Source of the DNA: Bdellovibrionales bacterium
GTDB lineage: Bacteria; Bdellovibrionota; Bdellovibrionia; Bdellovibrionales; UBA1609
Assembly: GCA_038144835.1 (NCBI GenBank)
Contig: JAYQON010000001.1
Location: 3,483-67,482, forward strand
Length of the DNA: 64,000 nt
Direction: 5' to 3'
Shown here: piece after piece, positions 57,259 to 64,000 of the stretch
How the letters are laid out: every line of letters begins with the position of its first letter
Numbering within the stretch: position 1 is the stretch's first letter
Position numbers and translations under genes: made by a program
Notes under the pieces: generated by a model
The model's input: only the letters and a program-made list of their open reading frames with translations
Databases searched by the model: none
Told to the model about the DNA's origin: nothing

Positions 57259-58031
57259 ATTCCTGAAGTGATTATCAGTTCGGAGTTTTTTACCCAACCG
57301 CTGCTCCCGTCGGTGTTGAGTACATGAGCCCACCCATCAATTTGACTGCGGACAATCACTTCATTTCCTCCCGACAGATCAAATAGACTTACACCATCAT
57401 CTTTAGGAAGACTAAGCGCGCGAGTTTTAGCGACAACCACAGTCGCCTTTACTGTGAACATCTGATTTACCTTCAATCCCGTCAGAGCGAGAGCCAGCAA
57501 GAAAAAGACTGAAAACACTAGCGCTATTCCAGGCGGGGGCGGCAGGGGGCCTTCTTCTTCGAGGGCCAACAAACGGACGGACCAGTAGCGAATCCAGAAA
57601 AATCCAGTCGCAGCCAAAGCAATGGCCAAAAACCAGGCCAATTCATAAATCGAGAGAGAGTCGAGGCTGTCGCGTAGCCAACGGCTCAGACGGTCTTTTT
57701 CAAAGGGTCGAATGTTCTGGTCTTGCTCAAGGTAGTCCCGACCATTTTGGGCAAGCTGAAAGCCTGGATGAATTGATAATGCTTTGCGCCAAAGGCCGAG
57801 TGCGAGTGGTTTTTGGTTCAGTTGGGTCAAAGATAGGGCCAAATTATGCATAACTTGGACATCGCGGGGGCGAGCCTCAAGTAGCTGTTGGAAATGCTCA
57901 CGAGCCTCGTCAAAACGCTGGTTCTGGTAGGCAGCCAATCCTTTTTGCAATAGATCTTCTTGAGAGGGGGGTTGAGCCCCAACGTGTAACGCCACCAAGA
58001 ATGTAATAGTGAGCATAGCCAATTGGCACAT
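57255..58031 (-). CDS. TPR / transmembrane / SH3b-domain protein (BatE-like architecture)
   Basis: N-terminal signal or TM segment, TPR units (QKGLAAYQNQRFDEAREHFQQLLE...), two internal TM helices and a C-terminal SH3-like IDGWAHVLNTDGSSGWVKNSEL. The start is uncertain (58031 or 58016; the ORF is open to 58112). Confidence 0.55.
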   Translation of the reverse strand: MCQLAMLTITFLVALHVGAQPPSQEDLLQKGLAAYQNQRFDEAREHFQQLLEARPRDVQVMHNLALSLTQLNQKPLALGLWRKALSIHPGFQLAQNGRDYLEQDQNIRPFEKDRLSRWLRDSLDSLSIYELAWFLAIALAATGFFWIRYWSVRLLALEEEGPLPPPPGIALVFSVFFLLALALTGLKVNQMFTVKATVVVAKTRALSLPKDDGVSLFDLSGGNEVIVRSQIDGWAHVLNTDGSSGWVKNSELIITSGI

Positions 58032-58091
58032 TGACAGAAGTTTACGGATTTCGTGTTCAAGAGTAAACTGAAAAACCGGAAAGGAAATTCT

Positions 58092-59462
58092 ATGGCATCC
58101 ACGATAGGGCATGAGCTCTTTGAATCTAAAGAAGTGAATTCAACGATAGACAATCTGGTCGAGCAAGTTATTGCTCATAGCCACCGCATTCAAGGGGTGC
58201 GCGCATCAGAGGCGACGTGCGAGGTTGGCGCAGCAAAGGCCATTCAAAGCGTAGGGCTGGCGCGAAGTCGGCCACTTTTTTTTAATTATTTAGGCAGTGG
58301 TATTGGGCGTGGTCCGTACGTAGAACTCCAAGATGGAAGCGTGAAACTGGATCTTATCAATGGAATCGGCATACATCTTTTTGGACACTCTCACCCTCGT
58401 GTGATCAAGGCGGCTTTGAGAGGTGCGCTGGCGGATATTGTACAACAAGGGAATCTTCAGCCCAACGGTGAGTACTTGGAGTACAGCGAATTTTTAGTTC
58501 GTATTGGCAAAAAGAACAGTCGACTAAATTATGCGTGGCTCGCGACTTGCGGCACTATGGCCAACGAAAATGCGCTCAAAATCGCGCGGCAAAAAAAACG
58601 TGGTGCACGCATGATTTTAAGTTTCAGAAATGCTTTTGCCGGCCGCTCCACGCTCATGACTGAAATTACAGACAATCCATCTTTTAAAGTTGGAATGCCA
58701 GACTACAATGAAGTTTTGCGTCTGCCTTTTTACGATCCGAACGACAAAGAAAAAACTTTAAAGGCTCTTAAGGAGCACGTTGCTAAACATGAAGGGAACA
58801 TCTCATGTTTTGTTTTTGAACCCATGTTGGGTGAGGGTGGATACCGAGCAGCAAATCACGAGTTTTTTGCTCCCCTATTGGAGTTTTGTAAAAGCAAAGA
58901 AATTCCCGTTTGGGCAGACGAGATACAAACCTTCGCGCGCACGGGCAACTTTTTTGCCTTCGAAACTTTGTGCATTGGTCAGTACGTCGATATTTGCACT
59001 ATTGCCAAAACAGCTCAGAATGGTGCAACCCTGTTCACAGAGGAGTTTAAGCCAGATCCAGGCCTGCTGGGGGGGACATTCTCAGGCTCAACGCCAGCCT
59101 TGCGCGCGGGACTTGAAATCATGCGCATGCTCGAAGAAGACAATTACTTGGGCCCACAAGGTCGAGTTATGGAAATTCATCGAGAGTTTGTGGGCATGCT
59201 CAATGACCTCAATGAGAACTCTTGTAAGGGTCTCTTGCGTGAGGCGGGTGGCATGGGCTTGATGGTGGCGGTTACCCCTCTCGATGGTAGTAAAGAAAAG
59301 CAATTAGCTTTATTAAAAACACTTTTCAAAAACGGGTTGATTTGTTTTGGTTGCGGTAGCGACCCTTATAGGATTCGTTTTTTGATTCCAGCAATTATGA
59401 CCGGGGCTGACATAGAGGTGGCTAAAAAAATTATTGAGAAGTCGGTTTTGGAGCTGGCTTGA
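58092..59462 (+). CDS. Class-III PLP-dependent aminotransferase (acetyl/succinylornithine aminotransferase-like)
   Basis: GTMANENALKIAR, AFAGRS and ADEIQTFARTG motifs with a downstream Lys (TIAKTAQNG). The GGAAAGG RBS favours ATG 58092 over the ORF start at 58053. Confidence 0.75.
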   Translation: MASTIGHELFESKEVNSTIDNLVEQVIAHSHRIQGVRASEATCEVGAAKAIQSVGLARSRPLFFNYLGSGIGRGPYVELQDGSVKLDLINGIGIHLFGHSHPRVIKAALRGALADIVQQGNLQPNGEYLEYSEFLVRIGKKNSRLNYAWLATCGTMANENALKIARQKKRGARMILSFRNAFAGRSTLMTEITDNPSFKVGMPDYNEVLRLPFYDPNDKEKTLKALKEHVAKHEGNISCFVFEPMLGEGGYRAANHEFFAPLLEFCKSKEIPVWADEIQTFARTGNFFAFETLCIGQYVDICTIAKTAQNGATLFTEEFKPDPGLLGGTFSGSTPALRAGLEIMRMLEEDNYLGPQGRVMEIHREFVGMLNDLNENSCKGLLREAGGMGLMVAVTPLDGSKEKQLALLKTLFKNGLICFGCGSDPYRIRFLIPAIMTGADIEVAKKIIEKSVLELA

Positions 59463-60802
59463 GTTTTTTAGATGATTGCCGCACGCTGGTCGGTATCGAT
59501 AGTACGGCCAGTCACGGCAACCTTGCAGCTGCGGAATTCTGCCGGAAGCTCTGTGAGTCAGCGGGGCTGCACGTCGAATTACAGTATGAAACTCTGGAGG
59601 GGATTGATCAGTGCAATCTTGTTGCTCGTCCGCAACAAGATATGCCTGTGCGGGAGTTCATGCTGCAAACTCACTTGGATACTGTCGATGCCGGTCACTT
59701 CGGTCATTGGACAAAAACGCAGTCCAATCCATTTAATGCCAGCATTTACAACGATGTTATGTATGGCTTAGGGACGGCCGATGTTAAGCTAGATTTTTTG
59801 TGTAAGCTTGAGGCGGTAAAACCTTTTTTAAAACATCCCCTGAAGCTACCTTTTGTTTTGGTGGCAACCTTTGGCGCGCAAAATGGCATGACGGGAGCCA
59901 TTAAGCTCATTCGTCGAAAAAAAATTACTGCGACATGTGCGTTAATCGGAGAGCCTACACAGATGCGCCTAGTGCATGCGGGAATGGGCTTGGCAGTGGT
60001 TGAGATTTCCATTCCATTTTCAAGCGAGGAGCGAGCCTATCGCCGTGACCATGATTTGCAGGAATCGGCAAGCAGCCAGAGTCGAATGTTTTCTGGTCGT
60101 GCCGCCCACTCGTCTGATCCTGGCTCTGGAGAAAATGCGATTTTAAAGATGCTGGATTATCTTTCGCAGCTGCCGGAAGGTATAGCGGTAATGGATCTAA
60201 ATGGTGGCATTAACTATAACTCAGTACCCTTTAGTGCTGTTTTGGAAATTGACACGGTGGCGGGTTTTAAGGATCCGATGCTTCCAAAAATCACGAAAAT
60301 TTTGCGTGGCCTAAAGGCCCTCGAAGCTCAGCTGAGTCAATTTCAAGAGCAAGGGTTTCAACCTCCGCATCCAACGATGAACTTAGGAATGATCCGCACT
60401 TTTGAGGCGGAGGTTCGTATAATAGGAAGCTGTCGACTTCCCCCAAGCGTAAGTGATGAAGTCTATGATGGTTGGATGAAAAACTTAGAACAGGCTGTAC
60501 AATCGGCGGGCGCGACATTTCGCGTTAAAGATTATCGTAAGGGCTTCACTTCTGACCCAGAAAGTCCATTTGTTTTGGGTGTGCGTGATATTCTTCTTGG
60601 AATGGGCCTGGATTCGGATCTTGAGAAGATGGCTTTGGCGAGTGAAGCCAATGTCTTTAGTCGATTGGGAATTGAGTGTTTAGTGTGGGGGCCTGGCCAA
60701 AGTGTTGGCAATTCCCACGCTCCCAATGAGAATATTAAAATTGAAAACTTGAAAGTAGCAGTGGATTTTTACAAGCGAGTTATTGAAAGGTTTTGTCTGT
60801 GA
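59459..60802 (+). CDS. M20-family (ArgE/DapE-like) deacylase homologue lacking the conserved Glu-Glu pair
   Basis: THLDTVD, GLGTADVK, LIGEPT, GRAAHSSDP and GNSHAPNE line up with ArgE. The segment expected to read ATADEE is ATFGAQ. The TTG start overlaps the upstream stop. Confidence 0.7.
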   Translation: MSFLDDCRTLVGIDSTASHGNLAAAEFCRKLCESAGLHVELQYETLEGIDQCNLVARPQQDMPVREFMLQTHLDTVDAGHFGHWTKTQSNPFNASIYNDVMYGLGTADVKLDFLCKLEAVKPFLKHPLKLPFVLVATFGAQNGMTGAIKLIRRKKITATCALIGEPTQMRLVHAGMGLAVVEISIPFSSEERAYRRDHDLQESASSQSRMFSGRAAHSSDPGSGENAILKMLDYLSQLPEGIAVMDLNGGINYNSVPFSAVLEIDTVAGFKDPMLPKITKILRGLKALEAQLSQFQEQGFQPPHPTMNLGMIRTFEAEVRIIGSCRLPPSVSDEVYDGWMKNLEQAVQSAGATFRVKDYRKGFTSDPESPFVLGVRDILLGMGLDSDLEKMALASEANVFSRLGIECLVWGPGQSVGNSHAPNENIKIENLKVAVDFYKRVIERFCL

Positions 60803-61812
60803 GTTTTATTGTTCGAGCCGTACGTCGCGATGATCTTCAACAGCTCAATGAGTTGGCCAGACAATTCACGCTTCTCAACTTGCCTGCAGATCGGCGGGTT
60901 ATTGAAACCAAGATCGATCGAAGCATGGCTTCCTTTGCGGGAGCTTTGGGAAAAGGAGATGCCGAGTATCTATTTGTCATTGAGGATCCTGACGCAGAGA
61001 TGGTTGTAGGTAGCTCGTTGATTTTGGCGAAGAATGGAACTCCGACGTCGCCCAATTTTAGTTTTAAAATCCTAAAAAAAGAGCGATTCAGCCGCGAGTT
61101 GGGTATCGGCTTTATACATCAAATTTTGCGTTTAACGGCCAATACAGATGGACCAACCGAGGTAGGTGGCCTTGTGGTTGATCGAGCCTATCGTCGTAGA
61201 CCAGAAAAAATTGGCCGGATGATCAGCCTAAGTCGATTTTTATACATAGGAATGAAGCGTGATCACTTTGAGTCTGAACTGCACTCAGAGATGGCTCCGC
61301 CGCTGACCGACGATGGACGCAGTGAGTTTTGGGAGGCGTTGGGCCGCCGATTCACTGGGATGCCATACCAAGAAGCTGATCAGATTAGCTCTCAGAACAA
61401 TGGATTTATCCAAAGTCTATTTCCAGAAGAGGATATATACCTCGCACTTTTAGATCCTAAGGCTCGTCTTGCGCTAGGGCATGTTGCAGAAGACACTCAA
61501 GCGGCATTGCATTTATTAAAGAAAATTGGCTTCAAGTATAAGGAAGAAGTAGATCCCTTTGATGGTGGTCCGCATTTGGGCTGCTCTGTTGAGGACTGCA
61601 CACTGATTAAAAATCTTAAGAACTACAAGCTTATAAAAAACAAAAGCGGTTCGTTTGAGCAGACGGCTCTTGTTGGATTACTCCGGGATGGCTCGTATTT
61701 GGGAGGCACTTCTGGATTTTATGTGCAAGGGGATGAAGTCGCTTTGCCAGAAAACGTATGGAAATTGTTAAACCTCAGTGAGGGCGAAGAGATTTACGTC
61801 TCCCCGCTTTAG
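60799..61812 (+). CDS. astA: Arginine/ornithine N-succinyltransferase (AstA family)
   Basis: Collinear with AstA: IVRAVRRDDLQQL..., YLFVIED..., SEFWEALGRRF and DPFDGGPHL. The GTG start overlaps the M20 stop (GTGA). Confidence 0.75.
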   Translation: MSFIVRAVRRDDLQQLNELARQFTLLNLPADRRVIETKIDRSMASFAGALGKGDAEYLFVIEDPDAEMVVGSSLILAKNGTPTSPNFSFKILKKERFSRELGIGFIHQILRLTANTDGPTEVGGLVVDRAYRRRPEKIGRMISLSRFLYIGMKRDHFESELHSEMAPPLTDDGRSEFWEALGRRFTGMPYQEADQISSQNNGFIQSLFPEEDIYLALLDPKARLALGHVAEDTQAALHLLKKIGFKYKEEVDPFDGGPHLGCSVEDCTLIKNLKNYKLIKNKSGSFEQTALVGLLRDGSYLGGTSGFYVQGDEVALPENVWKLLNLSEGEEIYVSPL

Positions 61813-61821
61813 GAGAACTCT

Positions 61822-63342
61822 ATGGACCATGAACAAACCATTACCTTTTTAGGAAATTTTATTCGCGGTAAGTGGGAGCTGACCGACAGAGCAGACGAAG
61901 AGTGGACGGTGGCTTCGCCGGCAAACCTAAAAGACATAGTGTTAAGGCCTTCTGCGCGTTTTGATCATGTTGACAGAGCTGTGCAGGCTGCACGTGATGC
62001 GTATCTTCCTTGGGCTCATCTAGGGGCAGAAAAGCGCAAAGAACATCTGTTGAGATTGAAGGAAGTTTATATTTCGCGTTCAGCTGAAATTGCTGAGATT
62101 ATTGCTCGCGAAACCGGTAAGCCTTTATGGGAGACGAAAACCGAAGCGGCGGCTCTAGCGAGTAAAATTGATATTACTTTGAATCACTCGATGAAGTTAG
62201 TGGCTGAAGAAGAGGTTCAAAATGCCTTGCCTGGGGTGTCTGGATTTGTGCGTTTTAAACCGCGCGGTGTAATGAGCATCATTGGTCCATTCAACTTTCC
62301 TGCCCATTTGCCAAATGGTCACATTATTCCAGCACTGATTACTGGAAACACGGTGGTTTTCAAGCCCTCGGATAAAACCCCCGCAACGGGTCAATGGTTG
62401 GCGGATTGCTTTCGAGCTGCAGGCTTTCCCGAAGGCGTGTTTAATATGATTCAGGGACGGGCTGAGGTCGGTAAGCGGTTGTGCGTTCACGAGTCCGTTG
62501 ATGGAGTGCTGTTTACTGGTTCCTATGATGTGGGCCTCAAGATCAAGCAAGATACAATAACCCATTTTCATAAAATTTTGGCTCTAGAGATGGGCGGTAA
62601 GAATGCGAGCGTGATTTGGCAGGACGCGGATTTAAAAAAGGCCGTTTATGAAAGTCTTGTGGGATCATTTATGACTTCTGGACAACGTTGTTCATGCACA
62701 AGTCGCATTGTTGTGCATAGGAAAGTCAGAGACCAGTTTGTGGAGCAATTTTACGCCAATGCTAAGAAGCTAAAAATTGGGCATTGGCGAGACTCCGTAT
62801 TTATGGGGCCATTAATCAGTGCGGACTCAGTTGAGCGGTACTTACGCTTTCAGGAGATCGCCAAACGTGAAGGTGCCGAAAGCCTTATGCGCGGTAAAGT
62901 TTTAAATAGCGAGCACGAAGGCTACTATGTGACCCCAAGTATCAATCTGGTGAAAGAGTTTGATCAAAAGTCCGTTTATCAAAAAAGTGAGATTTTTGGT
63001 CCAAATGTAGCAATTTTTGCAGTTGATGAATTTGAAGAGGCTTTGGCGATTAATAACTCATCGGGCTTTGGTCTAGTTATGAGTTTGTTCACGAAGAATC
63101 GTGCTCTTTATGAAAAAGCCTTGATCGAAGCCCAGGTGGGCGTGTTGAATTTAAATCGAACCACAAATGGTGCCAGCTCGCGGCTGCCATTTGGCGGCAT
63201 GAATAAGTCCGGCAATGATCGGCCTTCAGGCAACATGGCGGTAACTTACTGCACGGTGCCAGTAGCCAGTCTTGAGGACAACACACCGTTTTCGGAAAGT
63301 GGAATGCCGCCCGGTTTGAACTTCGAATTCAAGGAAGGTTAA
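61822..63342 (+). CDS. astD: Succinylglutamate-semialdehyde dehydrogenase-like aldehyde dehydrogenase
   Basis: ALDH motifs FKPSDKTP, LALEMGGKNA and catalytic Cys GQRCSC. Lies directly after astA. Confidence 0.8.
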   Translation: MDHEQTITFLGNFIRGKWELTDRADEEWTVASPANLKDIVLRPSARFDHVDRAVQAARDAYLPWAHLGAEKRKEHLLRLKEVYISRSAEIAEIIARETGKPLWETKTEAAALASKIDITLNHSMKLVAEEEVQNALPGVSGFVRFKPRGVMSIIGPFNFPAHLPNGHIIPALITGNTVVFKPSDKTPATGQWLADCFRAAGFPEGVFNMIQGRAEVGKRLCVHESVDGVLFTGSYDVGLKIKQDTITHFHKILALEMGGKNASVIWQDADLKKAVYESLVGSFMTSGQRCSCTSRIVVHRKVRDQFVEQFYANAKKLKIGHWRDSVFMGPLISADSVERYLRFQEIAKREGAESLMRGKVLNSEHEGYYVTPSINLVKEFDQKSVYQKSEIFGPNVAIFAVDEFEEALAINNSSGFGLVMSLFTKNRALYEKALIEAQVGVLNLNRTTNGASSRLPFGGMNKSGNDRPSGNMAVTYCTVPVASLEDNTPFSESGMPPGLNFEFKEG

Positions 63343-64000
63343 GTGGTTTCACGAATCTTAGCGGCAGTGCTCGCAGTTGGTTTGGCTTACGGTGGGTTCG
63401 AGGTTTTTCGCTTTGTTGCTGCAGGAGCTGGTTCTGGGGATGAACGCATAGTATTTGAAGTTCCCCATGGCACTAGCTTTCAACAAATAGCTCATAATCT
63501 TGAAGAAAAAGGGTTGGTATTAAGTGCCTTAAAATTCAGGATTTTTTCTAAATTGACGGGCATGGACAGCCAAGTCAAAAGTGGTGAATACGCGCTCCAC
63601 AAAGCGATGACCCCAAGGGAGATTTTGAGTGCTCTGGTGTCCGGCAAAAGCATTCAGTACCCAGTGACATTTCCTGAAGGTTCCAACATTTATGAAATGG
63701 CCAAAATTTTAGAAAACAAAGGCCTGTTTAAGGCTGAGGATTTTTTGGCTGCCTGTCGTGACAAAGTTTTGATTCAAGAATTGCTGGCCATCGATGTCTC
63801 GAGCTTAGAGGGTTATCTTTTTCCAGAAACCTATAACGTCACCAAGTACACTCCACTTCGAGATTTGATCACAAACATGGTGCTAAATTTTAAAAACGTC
63901 TACTCTGCACTTGAAACGCACAGTCCAGGTCAAGCTACGGGCTTAACTCGCCATGAACTAGTCATTTTGGCGAGTATGGTCGAGAAGGAAACCGGTGCTC
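63343..64000 (+). CDS. mltG: Endolytic murein transglycosylase MltG (YceG-like); 3' end outside the window
   Basis: My own translation from GTG 63343: one N-terminal TM segment, LysM-like FEVPHGTSFQQIAHNLEEKG, LEGYLFPETY and ILASMVEKETG. Not in the ORF track because it runs off the right edge. Confidence 0.8.
   Translation, partial: MVSRILAAVLAVGLAYGGFEVFRFVAAGAGSGDERIVFEVPHGTSFQQIAHNLEEKGLVLSALKFRIFSKLTGMDSQVKSGEYALHKAMTPREILSALVSGKSIQYPVTFPEGSNIYEMAKILENKGLFKAEDFLAACRDKVLIQELLAIDVSSLEGYLFPETYNVTKYTPLRDLITNMVLNFKNVYSALETHSPGQATGLTRHELVILASMVEKETGA

Noticed and set aside
1-64000. CRISPR arrays, tandem repeats, insertion sequences, integrases or prophage genes.
   Set aside because: No spacer-repeat periodicity is visible and no intergenic region exceeds about 250 bp. 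None of the translated ORFs shows transposase, integrase, capsid or terminase motifs.

Overview
Densely packed, mostly housekeeping chromosome segment: about 58 protein genes and very short intergenic spacers. I found no rRNA, tRNA, CRISPR array, transposase, integrase or phage module. BamD, a LolA-like carrier, Tat, several lipobox lipoproteins and a nuo operon indicate a diderm bacterium. GC looks moderate by eye. Gene content (deo nucleoside-catabolic operon, PilT, secreted S8 and M16 peptidases, AST-type arginine/ornithine catabolism) fits a Bdellovibrionota- or deltaproteobacteria-like organism, but this is a guess.

Gene order, left to right:
- mfd (partial)
- nuoA-H-J-K-L-M-N plus rlmM
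- patatin lipase, divergent from an HTH protein
- lon, a DksA-like gene, an LpoA-like lipoprotein, a J-protein, grpE and hemW
- a double-length M16 peptidase, a hypothetical gene, then tatB-like and tatC
- methylmalonyl-CoA mutase, BCCP, biotin carboxylase, carboxyltransferase, asnS and an S8 peptidase
- a DedA-flavoprotein disulfide reductase fusion, a 671-aa membrane protein and an epimerase
- deaminase-PNP-deoA-deoC, acylphosphatase and pilT
- rng, rplU-rpmA-obg, a nadD::rsfS fusion, rlmH, comF-like, lolA-like and rimO
- hpt, a TPR protein, bamD, an AI-2E permease, a cNMP-binding protein and a TPR/SH3 protein
- aminotransferase, M20, astA, astD and mltG (partial)

I see no clear-cut new defence or mobile system. 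The most unusual items are:
- a nuo operon that encodes only the seven membrane-arm subunits
- an in-frame NadD-RsfS fusion
- a translationally coupled TPR/SH3, cNMP-binding, AI-2E permease module
- an AST-like cluster lacking astB and astE, whose M20 hydrolase has lost the family's Glu-Glu catalytic pair
- a membrane-anchored DedA-disulfide reductase fusion, convergent with a membrane protein carrying a degenerate spermidine-synthase-like domain
- a perfect 22-bp inverted repeat without U-tracts
- an intrinsic terminator 5 nt upstream of the obg start codon

All functional calls come from motif recognition by eye. No database search was run.
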